Shown: piece by piece, positions 1 through 7,518 of the stretch
How positions within the stretch are numbered: the stretch's first letter is position 1
How the letters are laid out: each line of letters opens with the position of its first letter
Source: Pseudomonadota bacterium
GTDB lineage: Bacteria; Bdellovibrionota_B; Oligoflexia; Oligoflexales; CAIMVM01
Direction of reading: 5' to 3'
Assembly: GCA_037142195.1 (NCBI GenBank)
Contig: JBAXBA010000074.1
Coordinates: 1 to 18,246, forward strand
DNA length: 18,246 nucleotides
The notes under the pieces: model-generated
Databases searched by the model: none
The model's input: the letters and a program-made list of their open reading frames with translations, nothing else
What the model was told of the DNA's origin: nothing
Translations under genes and position numbers: made by a program

Positions 1-1
1 T

Positions 2-316
2 CTGAGAACATATCCGAGTTCGCAGGGGCGGGACACAATCTTTTACACACTACCCGTTGCCATGGAAGACTTGAAAGCGATTCCTCTGAAGGAGAATGAT
101 CGAAGATGCCTTGAAGAACCCATAATCACTCAAAGTGCAAACGGATGGCGCCCATTGCTTGAGTCGAAGGAGCACCAAGAATTTCTGCTAGGTAAAATGC
201 GAGAATTAAGAGTTCATAACCTTACAGACATCCTCAATTTCAAACTTTACGCTGAACGCAGTCTTGCCTACAAATTCGGTGATTTAGCCCTTGTTCATTA
301 TGATGTCCGTGGGTAG
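2..316 (+). CDS. Hypothetical protein, probably the 3' part of a gene starting before the window
   Basis: Frame is open from position 2 (LRTYPSSQGRDTIFYTLPVA-MEDLK...) to TAG at 314-316. No RBS before ATG 62. No recognisable motif. Confidence 0.55.
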   Translation: MRTYPSSQGRDTIFYTLPVAMEDLKAIPLKENDRRCLEEPIITQSANGWRPLLESKEHQEFLLGKMRELRVHNLTDILNFKLYAERSLAYKFGDLALVHYDVRG

Positions 317-555
317 TAAAGTTAGTGAATCAGTCGATTAAAATAGCCTCATTCCAAAGCTAATCATCCTAACGATTAGGCTTCCTTCTAGTCTGTGAAA
401 ATGTGGGTCATGTTGATAAAAGCCGGTCAAAAATGAGCAAATTTGGTCACACTCGAAATGTTGCTGGATTTCTTGAAGTGTCAGATTTCTCGTCATAGTG
501 ATTTGAATTTGCCATTCCCTATGTCCTAACTTGCCTTATTGATTAGGTTATTCAT

Positions 556-571
556 TGGCATAGGCTTTGCT
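556..571 (+). promoter_or_regulatory. Sigma54 (RpoN) -24/-12 promoter
   Basis: TGGCATAGGCTTTGCT has GG-N10-GC and is close to the TGGCAC-N5-TTGC consensus. It lies 45 bp before ATG 617. Confidence 0.75.
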
Positions 572-616
572 GAGACTTAGGAGGATCGGGTGATTGAGCC
601 CATAGGAGTGATAGAT

Positions 617-1261
617 ATGAAAAATTTAGTGAAAATCGGATATCTTGCGGCCCTCATGACCCTGAGTGGATGTCATCTCTACAATTCTCAAAAAGTTGAG
701 CAAGTAGAGAGCTCGGAAACGGCGAGTTCCAATTTGGGTAACTCTTTAGCGCAATCTGCCCTTAACGGAAGCCAAGGGTATTCCGCTGGACGTTGTTATG
801 AGTTTGTTTGGGGAGCTCTTAGAAGGGTTATTGGCTACAAGATCGAAAACACTTCGGTTCCAGAAACCTCGGCCTACCAGTTTGGGGATTGGGCGGATCG
901 CAATCCAAATGATCTAGCGCGTGTATTTCAACTTAAGAAATCGTCAGTGTATCCAGAAAATGCTCCTTTAGGCTCGGTGATCGTATGGAATCCAGGTCAG
1001 TGCGGTTACAATGCTAATCATGGACATATTGAAATTGCAGTTGGTGGAGGCCGAGCCTGTTCGGACTTTTGTGGACAGATTAAGACTACTTGCGCCACAC
1101 CGCGAGTCTATGTTCCCTCCTCTGCTTCATCTTTGAGTTTTAGTTCCGCGGAAGTTGCAGCTAAGACGCCTTTAATTTGCGGTCCAAAGATGATCTCAAT
1201 CTGTATTCAAAGCAAAGGTGGAACTGCCGCTTGTAACAAGAAGTACGCTTGTAAAAGTTAA
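617..1261 (+). CDS. Lipoprotein with CHAP/NlpC-P60-like cysteine hydrolase domain (putative peptidoglycan amidase/endopeptidase) and C-terminal 4-Cys module
   Basis: RBS AGGAG at 604-608 favours ATG 617 over GTG 590. Lipobox LSGC. Cys motif GRCYEFV, His motif HGHIEI, then SDF. A Ser-rich linker precedes CGPKMISICIQSKGGTAACNKKYAC. Confidence 0.75.
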   Translation: MKNLVKIGYLAALMTLSGCHLYNSQKVEQVESSETASSNLGNSLAQSALNGSQGYSAGRCYEFVWGALRRVIGYKIENTSVPETSAYQFGDWADRNPNDLARVFQLKKSSVYPENAPLGSVIVWNPGQCGYNANHGHIEIAVGGGRACSDFCGQIKTTCATPRVYVPSSASSLSFSSAEVAAKTPLICGPKMISICIQSKGGTAACNKKYACKS

Positions 1262-1300
1262 TATAAACCGGATTCTAAACGAAGAATTTTTTATCAGAAC

Positions 1301-1347
1301 CAAAAGAGGAAACGTTATGACCCGGAGTCATGACGTTTGCTCTTTTG
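1301..1347 (+). terminator. Long hairpin, probable intrinsic terminator of the CHAP-like gene
   Basis: CAAAAGAG-G-AAACGTTATGAC / CCGGA loop / GTCATGACGTTT-G-CTCTTTTG forms a ~20-bp imperfect stem between convergent genes. Confidence 0.65.
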
Positions 1348-1504
1348 ATAGCCTATTTATGCATGGGATATGAGTCTCATTTTTTCTATAAAACGTCCGT
1401 CTGTCTTCGAAACAGCCGTGCCTCAGTTTTTTGCCAGAATTTGATGTTTCCATGTCTTTAAATGGAGATGATAGGACTTAAGATTAGCAACTGACAATCC
1501 TATA

Positions 1505-1547
1505 AAAGCTCCTCATGACCGCCATTCAGCGAGCAGGAAGGAGCTTT
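1505..1547 (-). terminator. Hairpin, probable terminator of the HD-GYP gene
   Basis: AAAGCTCCT...AGGAGCTTT 9-bp arms, ending in TTTT on the minus strand, ~75 bp after the stop. Confidence 0.5.
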
Positions 1548-1621
1548 AGATTTATTTAGAGCGATTCTAAGGGGATTCTAGATGTTTTTAAGATTCTAGA
1601 TTTTTAACACCAAAATCTTAG

Positions 1622-3298
1622 CTAAGAGACTAATTTGGGAAGTTGAGCAACTTCTGTTTCGCCGTCTTTGCTACGAGCTTCGACAGGTAAATAGCCCCGA
1701 AGAGTTTTCGCGTCTATTTCATCAAATTGCGAGGGGTCTACGTACTGATTGGCATAGTCTTGAAAAACTCCTGAATCAATGAGTAACGTAAAGACTTCTT
1801 GGTCAATATGCTGCTCTTCTGCCATCACACCCATTATTTTTAGAGATTCAGATAGGGTTTTTCCTTTTTTGTAGGGACGGTCTTTAGCAGTTAGGGCTTC
1901 AAAAACCTCAGCGCAACCCATAATCCTTGCTTGAAGGCTCATTTCGTCACGCTTTAATCCTTTGGGTCGGCCTTTGCCATCCATGCGCTCGTGGTGCCCG
2001 CCAGCAAATTCGGGAATTCTTGCGAGGTGTTTGGGGTAGGGCAGTTTTTCCAACATCATAACGGTGACATCAATGTGGCGATTGATGATCTCTCTCTCTT
2101 CCGAGGTTAATGTGCCCCTTCGAATCGAAAGACAATTGGTTTCATCAAAAGATAGGAAATTGTCTTCAAGGCCTTCTTCATTGATCCAACGCATGCGCCC
2201 TATTTGCTTGATGCGGTCTAGTTTCTCATCATCCAGGTATTCCCCGCCAATATTGACTTCTCTTACAAATTTTCGATCGTCTTCCAGTTTATTGAGTTTT
2301 TGTGAGAGTTCGCTTTCTAACTCTGTAAAATCATTCTGAGCATTGCTTTGAACGAGGTCTAGCTTTTTATTGAGATAGGTGATTTGCAGATCACGCTTCA
2401 AAACTTCAAATCTGGTGTCTATCAGCTGAATGCGGTCGATAATGGTTTCCAATTTTGTGGATTTTTCGATGACGTGGACTGGTGTGGTGATTTTTCCACA
2501 GTCGTGGAGGAGTGCCGCCAAATGAAGCTCTTTGCGGTCATTTTCATTCATAGTAAAATTTGTAAATGAGCCCCAATTTGCCTTAGCAGCGGCTTCAGCC
2601 AACATCATGGTGATAATAGGGACCCTATGGCAATGTTTTCCCGTATGGGGGGACTTGTCATCGATGGCAGATGCAATCACATCAGCGAATACGACGAAGA
2701 GTCCTTCTTGCTGCTGGATGAGAGTGTAATTGGTCAGAGTGATCGCCGCAAGGGTTGCCAGAAATTCCGTGAACATTTGATCTTCTTGACTGAAAGAACA
2801 AATGTTTCCATCTTCATCTTGGGCGTTGATGAGCTGGATCACACCGATAATTTCTTTTTCGTGGTTTTTCAGGGGTATAGTTAGAAATGATTTTGAGCGG
2901 TAGCCGGTCTGTTTGTCAAATTGTCTTGTCCGAGAAAAATCAAAATCTTGCGTTAAATAGGCATCTTCTAAGTTGACGATTTGATCATTAATGACGGCAT
3001 AGCAGGCTACATTGTTAAGGTTGGGGCTTCCATCTAGATAGAGTGGCAATGGGTCGAAGTTGAGATTCTCGTGACTAGACCCACCCATATGGATTTTAAG
3101 AGACTCGTTAAAGATAATCTCAAATTTAAGCTGGTTTTTATCTCTAAAATAGAGTGTTCCACCATCGGCGTTGGTTAAAAGACGCGCTCCAAACACGGTC
3201 ATTTCTAAAAGCTTTTTGTGGTCCGTTTCTCTGGACATGGCTTTAACGATTCCATGAAGCTCATTAAGCCTCTTTAATAGACGAGTTTTTTGTTCCAT
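1622..3298 (-). CDS. GAF domain + HD-GYP-type phosphohydrolase (putative cyclic-dinucleotide phosphodiesterase)
   Basis: GAF features (ADGGTLY, NLEDAY, FDKQTGYRSKSFLTIPL, IGVIQLINA). HD features (HTGKHCHRV, LLHDCGKI, RGTLTSEER, HHERMDGKGRP, DRPYKK). RBS GGAG favours ATG 3298. Confidence 0.9.
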   Translation of the reverse strand: MEQKTRLLKRLNELHGIVKAMSRETDHKKLLEMTVFGARLLTNADGGTLYFRDKNQLKFEIIFNESLKIHMGGSSHENLNFDPLPLYLDGSPNLNNVACYAVINDQIVNLEDAYLTQDFDFSRTRQFDKQTGYRSKSFLTIPLKNHEKEIIGVIQLINAQDEDGNICSFSQEDQMFTEFLATLAAITLTNYTLIQQQEGLFVVFADVIASAIDDKSPHTGKHCHRVPIITMMLAEAAAKANWGSFTNFTMNENDRKELHLAALLHDCGKITTPVHVIEKSTKLETIIDRIQLIDTRFEVLKRDLQITYLNKKLDLVQSNAQNDFTELESELSQKLNKLEDDRKFVREVNIGGEYLDDEKLDRIKQIGRMRWINEEGLEDNFLSFDETNCLSIRRGTLTSEEREIINRHIDVTVMMLEKLPYPKHLARIPEFAGGHHERMDGKGRPKGLKRDEMSLQARIMGCAEVFEALTAKDRPYKKGKTLSESLKIMGVMAEEQHIDQEVFTLLIDSGVFQDYANQYVDPSQFDEIDAKTLRGYLPVEARSKDGETEVAQLPKLVS

Positions 3299-3334
3299 GT
3301 AGGTAACTCCCAAAGGACATTCGGTCCACTCGAG

Positions 3335-3361
3335 TCATCGACTTAACGAGCAAAAGACTTA
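3335..3361 (-). promoter_or_regulatory. Sigma28 (FliA)-like promoter for the HD-GYP gene
   Basis: Minus strand TAAG-N15-GTCGATGA versus consensus TAAA-N15-GCCGATAA. Overlaps the subtilase stop codon. Confidence 0.4.
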
Positions 3362-5076
3362 AAAACACGTTTTGTTAGCAAAACGAAAATGGGAAGAAAC
3401 ATTAGGAAATAGAGATAATTAAAAGAAAGATTATCTGACGAGAGCGCCGAGCACCCTGGGGTCACGCGGTTTTTATTTGAGGGGTTAGGGACATTTTGGG
3501 AGTCACCTTTTAAAGCAGCCAGGGCGTCTACAATTCCTGATCCCAAAAGGGGAATGCGCTCGCCTGTGGAAACTTTAGGATAATAGTAAGTGCTGTTGTA
3601 GCCCCCTTCTACTTCATTAGCGTAGATATAGGGGTTTGCTGTTTGAATCAGTCGATTTCGCAAAGTCTTGGCATCCATAGAGGGATTTAGGGCGAGGATA
3701 AGTCCCGCTACCCCTGCGACTACAGGGGTAGCCATCGACGTTCCATATTCATCTTTGGTCTCCCCGCCTGGACCTGGCACTGTAGAGTTGATTTTCGTGC
3801 CTGGAGCTGCAATATCGACACTAGGGCCGTAATTGGAGAAACTAGCTTTTTTAAGATTTTCATCTAATGCGGAGACGCTGATCACTTCACTAATCGAAGC
3901 AGGGTAGGCTCTCTGGGAGCTGTCTTCGTTGCTTGCAGCCGCAATAAGAAGCGTACCTCCTCCAGCGGCATTGCCCAATTTACGAACGAGGCTTGCGACA
4001 CTTCGAGAACGTTGGTATTTGCCAAAGGAGGCATTGGCGATGCGGATGAGAGATTGCCCGTCCCTTGAAAACTGTGTGAGGTACTGAAGTGCTCGAATGA
4101 TGGAGCTGTCGCTGATTCCTCCTGGTTCTGATGCTGATTTAGGGCGTGACACCTTAATGGGAAGAATTTTACAAAACGGGCAGACTCCGATCGGATGTTC
4201 CTTATCGTAAGCGGCAATAATTCCCGAAACATGGGTCCCATGGATACATTGACCGCCATCGGTACAAGCTTGACCAAACCCCTCAAGTCCCACGGGCCAA
4301 ATCTCTCCATTGCCTAAATAATCTTTACTAAAATTTGTGGACGTATTGCAGCCGCGACTATCGTCTTTGCACTGTAGGCCTGGAAATGGATTTTGCCAAA
4401 TAGCTTTCTCGAGGTAAGGATGCTTGATGTCGACACCCGAGTCAATTACGGCGATGACCGGAGCTCGGCCAAAGATCACGTCTTCATTCTCATGGGGAAT
4501 CGTACCGTCGGCCAGGGCCAAAAAAGCTTCAGGAAGCCTAATGGCTTTGTGCCACTCGACTTTCGCATCAGTGTACTGATTAGAAAGGTCTTGAAAGGCA
4601 CTGGCTTTGGGTTCTGAAATAGTATTGGGCTCGTAATAAAGGATTCTCCCCTGCTGCTGCCACCTCTCTAAAATCTTTTTTGCATCGATACCCGGCTTAA
4701 ACTCTACGAGTTCAATACTCAGGGGTTGACTTTCAAAACTCTGGGCTAGGAGGTGGGGACCAAGACCTACCGGTGGAGGAGTGGAGTTAGGATCCTGCTC
4801 ATCAAGGGTAGAAAGACTTTCTGTTTGTAAAATACTATCTTCATCTTGCCAATGATCGCTGGTTATAAGTTCTCTTCCTGATTTTGATGCGGTAAGAAGA
4901 AATGGCTCAAAACTCGGCCTTCCTATAATCCACGTATTTCCATCAAGAGGCGCTGATGAGTCGACAGGAAGGTCTTCTTGGTCGAGATCCTGATTTGACG
5001 ATTGTTTTAATCCATCCTTAGGATCCACACCGCAGCCTATGAAAATCAAGGCAAATATTACCGATCTTAGGTTCAT
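3343..5076 (-). CDS. S8 family (subtilisin-like) serine peptidase, lipoprotein with C-terminal membrane anchor
   Basis: Triad motifs VIDSG, HGTHVSG and GTSMATP, oxyanion region AASNE. N-terminal lipobox FIGC. C-terminus is GC + hydrophobic helix + KR/K/R tail. Confidence 0.92.
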   Translation of the reverse strand: MNLRSVIFALIFIGCGVDPKDGLKQSSNQDLDQEDLPVDSSAPLDGNTWIIGRPSFEPFLLTASKSGRELITSDHWQDEDSILQTESLSTLDEQDPNSTPPPVGLGPHLLAQSFESQPLSIELVEFKPGIDAKKILERWQQQGRILYYEPNTISEPKASAFQDLSNQYTDAKVEWHKAIRLPEAFLALADGTIPHENEDVIFGRAPVIAVIDSGVDIKHPYLEKAIWQNPFPGLQCKDDSRGCNTSTNFSKDYLGNGEIWPVGLEGFGQACTDGGQCIHGTHVSGIIAAYDKEHPIGVCPFCKILPIKVSRPKSASEPGGISDSSIIRALQYLTQFSRDGQSLIRIANASFGKYQRSRSVASLVRKLGNAAGGGTLLIAAASNEDSSQRAYPASISEVISVSALDENLKKASFSNYGPSVDIAAPGTKINSTVPGPGGETKDEYGTSMATPVVAGVAGLILALNPSMDAKTLRNRLIQTANPYIYANEVEGGYNSTYYYPKVSTGERIPLLGSGIVDALAALKGDSQNVPNPSNKNRVTPGCSALSSDNLSFNYLYFLMFLPIFVLLTKRVFKSFAR

Positions 5077-5166
5077 AAGGATATTCCGCTGAAATTGTAT
5101 TTTTACTAACTATTTTAGCGCATTTAGGTTGGATTACGTAGGCTTTTTAGGCTTTGAATCAAATTC

Positions 5167-5175
5167 TGTTATAAT
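5167..5175 (+). promoter_or_regulatory. Extended -10 sigma70 promoter element
   Basis: TGTTATAAT (TGnTATAAT) about 50 bp upstream of ATG 5227. Confidence 0.5.
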
Positions 5176-5226
5176 GAAGTATCTCAACTCGATCATTGAG
5201 TCACTCCCATCACAAGGATTGCAACT

Positions 5227-5736
5227 ATGGCCTTAGCTTCAAAACAAAATGCCGTGTCTTCTCCCCTTCATGTGACGTCGATAGAAGAGACTCCCTTATC
5301 AGCTCGTTCTATGGCAATGGAGGTTCCTTCCCTCCATCCTATGAGTGAAGTCAGACATTTACATGAAATTTGGGACTTCTCCGTACCTGACTTCATGATT
5401 GTAGATAAGAAAATGCTTCTTTCTGATTTTTCTGGTGATGAAGAGATGCTTGTCGGATATTTGGAGCGTGCTGGAAGCTATCTTATGGTGAATCTCGACG
5501 AGTGTGTTCAGGGTTTGAAAAAAGGAGATTTTGGTTTAGGTCTTCAGGCGCTCGTTCGGATGCGAGGTATAGGTGCCAGTCTGAGAGCCCAGCCCTTAAC
5601 GGACGCCATCACTCGTGCCATATCCTTTTTTGAAAGCAAGAACGGACCAGAAAGCCTATCACTTTTAGAAGCTCTTCGGGCTAAGATCATGGAAACAAAC
5701 TGCGAACTTTTAAAGATCCGAAATTCCATCGGTTAA
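5227..5736 (+). CDS. Hpt (histidine phosphotransfer)-like domain protein lacking the phosphoacceptor His
   Basis: IVDKKMLLSDFSGDEEML...LKKGDF...QALVRMRGIGASLRAQPL follows the Hpt helix pattern (aHxlKGsaanlGa). RBS AAGGA upstream. Confidence 0.6.
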   Translation: MALASKQNAVSSPLHVTSIEETPLSARSMAMEVPSLHPMSEVRHLHEIWDFSVPDFMIVDKKMLLSDFSGDEEMLVGYLERAGSYLMVNLDECVQGLKKGDFGLGLQALVRMRGIGASLRAQPLTDAITRAISFFESKNGPESLSLLEALRAKIMETNCELLKIRNSIG

Positions 5737-5809
5737 TTGGTTTTTTGTGATTTCTGTAAAGAATCTATTAGGTGTAATAATGAGGCGAGACTCTTAATAT
5801 ACCCTTAAA

Positions 5810-6076
5810 TTAGCTAGCTTTGCGAGTCAGATGTTCTTCGAGAGCTATTAAAGCTTCTGGGTCTATCAAGTCTAGAAGTAGCTCGGTCACTTCCTCAGGA
5901 TCGATTTCTGGTCCCTTGGCCTCTCCCATCAGAAGTTCCACTAAAACTCCCGTCGGCAGATCTTTAATGACAGAGCTGACCAAGTTAAGGCCAAACGGCC
6001 GAAAGACGACGGAAAGGTCTAAGTCTCGATTTAGATGAGGGGTTAAATAGGCAATATAGCTAGCCAAAGACAACAT
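5810..6076 (-). CDS. Small acidic hypothetical protein (88 aa)
   Basis: Fills the gap between the Hpt-like gene and rarA. RBS GGGAG before the ATG and its own sigma28-like promoter. Confidence 0.65.
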   Translation of the reverse strand: MLSLASYIAYLTPHLNRDLDLSVVFRPFGLNLVSSVIKDLPTGVLVELLMGEAKGPEIDPEEVTELLLDLIDPEALIALEEHLTRKAS

Positions 6077-6103
6077 GCTTTTCTCCCATTAGATTCAAGT
6101 GTA

Positions 6104-6130
6104 GTATCGGCGAAAATCGGATCTACTTTA
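6104..6130 (-). promoter_or_regulatory. Sigma28 (FliA) promoter
   Basis: Minus strand TAAA-GTAGATCCGATTTTC(15)-GCCGATAC matches 11 of 12 consensus positions, 27 bp before the 88-aa gene start. Confidence 0.7.
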
Positions 6131-6142
6131 AAAGGGGGAGAT

Positions 6143-7378
6143 TTGGAACCGCTGGCATCTCGTTTTAGGCCGAAGCAATTGAGTGATTTCTTCGGTCAAG
6201 ATCACATCTTAGGGCCGCAGGCCCCCTTGAGAAAGCTTCTCCTTTCGGGCTCGTGGCACAGCCTTCTTTTCTGGGGGGCTCCGGGAGTCGGCAAGACGAC
6301 ATTAGCTCGCCTGGCAGCCACCATGGCTCACTCCACTTTGCATGAGGTTTCTGCCGTTTCCAGTGGTGTCAAAGAATTGAGGGAAGTCATCGAAGCCTCT
6401 AAGGTTCGACTTCGCTTGGGAGACGCCGCTTTAACTTTGTTTGTGGATGAGATTCATCGCTTAAATAAATCCCAGCAGGATGTTCTGCTGCCAGCCCTTG
6501 AAGAGGGATCTGTTCGCTTTATCGGAGCAACCACCGAAAATCCCAGTTTTGAGGTCAATCGAGCCATACTCTCAAGAACCCTATGCTTTAGGCTTGAAGC
6601 TTTAGGGCAAGATGCCCTGCTAGCGTTACTTCAAATGGCTTTAAAGGCTGAAAATGGAGAGGCGAGCGAAGAAGGGCTTCTGGCCATTGTCTCTCTCGCA
6701 GGGGGGGATGCTAGGAGAGCTTTGAACTATTTAGAACTTTGCTTGAGCTTTAAGGAAACGGTCACCAAGGATCTCCTGATGAGAGTTGGGCTTGATGTTC
6801 CCATGGGGCATGGAGAGCATTTTGATCTGGCCAGCGCCATGATTAAATCCATTCGAGCGTCCCATGCAGATGCAGCCCTCTATTACATGGCCCGTTTTTT
6901 AGAGGTGGGCGATGATCCCATGTTTCTGGTGCGCCGTTTGATCATTTCCGCAAGCGAAGATATTGGCAATGCCAATCCTGAAGCATTAAGTGTAGCCGTT
7001 GCTTGTGCAAGTGGCTGCCACATCGTAGGGTTTCCAGAAGCACGCATTCTATTGAGTCAAGCAATCACTTATCTGGCCGCCAGCCCTAAAAGCAATCGCT
7101 CCTATCAAGCTATCGGCAAAGCCATAGATTGTGTTAAAAAAACAGGAAGACTTCCCATCCCAAGCCATCTATTAAATCCCGTTACGTCCTTTAATAAGGA
7201 CTTAGGGATAGGGCGCGGCTACGAAAACCCTCATGGAGAAAATAGCAGCTATCGCAAAAACAGCTATCTCCCACCAGGGCTTCGCGGGCAAAAGTTTTAT
7301 ACGCCATCTGACATAGGAACAGAAAAGCAACTTAAGCTAAATCTTGAAGCCCTTCGTCCGGTAGGTGATGACCTTTAA
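6143..7378 (+). CDS. rarA: Replication-associated recombination protein A (RarA/MgsA, AAA+ ATPase)
   Basis: PLASRFRP, Walker A GAPGVGKTT, Walker B LFVDEIHR, GATTENPSF, GDARRALN, SEDIGNANP, SPKSN. TTG start after RBS GGGGAG. Confidence 0.95.
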   Translation: MEPLASRFRPKQLSDFFGQDHILGPQAPLRKLLLSGSWHSLLFWGAPGVGKTTLARLAATMAHSTLHEVSAVSSGVKELREVIEASKVRLRLGDAALTLFVDEIHRLNKSQQDVLLPALEEGSVRFIGATTENPSFEVNRAILSRTLCFRLEALGQDALLALLQMALKAENGEASEEGLLAIVSLAGGDARRALNYLELCLSFKETVTKDLLMRVGLDVPMGHGEHFDLASAMIKSIRASHADAALYYMARFLEVGDDPMFLVRRLIISASEDIGNANPEALSVAVACASGCHIVGFPEARILLSQAITYLAASPKSNRSYQAIGKAIDCVKKTGRLPIPSHLLNPVTSFNKDLGIGRGYENPHGENSSYRKNSYLPPGLRGQKFYTPSDIGTEKQLKLNLEALRPVGDDL

Positions 7379-7435
7379 GGGACATAATTTCATTTCATAA
7401 TCGAATGGGTCAATGGAAACTTCCATCACACCTCA

Positions 7436-7495
7436 TTTTATGAGGCTTCTTTTATGAGGCTTCTTTTATGAGGCTTCTTTTATGAGGCTTCTTTT
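7436..7495. repeat. Tandem repeat (TTTTATGAGGCTTC) x4 plus TTTT
   Basis: Four exact 14-bp copies at 7436, 7450, 7464 and 7478 in the convergent rarA-serB gap. Confidence 0.95.
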
Positions 7496-7518
7496 CAGGG
7501 AAGCCTTCTCAAATATAG

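Noticed and set aside
590..616. Longer ORF-track starts (590, 3313, 8364, 16014)
   Set aside because: Downstream ATGs (617, 3298, 8325, 15978) have well-spaced RBSs and give better N-termini. 590 also has an RBS and remains possible.
1563..1606. Three GATTCTA(G/A) short repeats after the HD-GYP stop
   Set aside because: Short, irregularly spaced and AT-rich. No function can be supported.
2064..2884. Plus-strand ORFs inside the HD-GYP gene, and similar nested ORFs at 3882-4617, 5544-6038, 7509-7975, 8468-8965, 10059-10301, 11886-12627, 14334-15304 and 16722-17431
   Set aside because: Antisense or out-of-frame shadows of well-supported genes, with no motifs.
7436..7495. Possible CRISPR array
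   Set aside because: Units are contiguous 14-mers with no spacers, and there are no cas genes.
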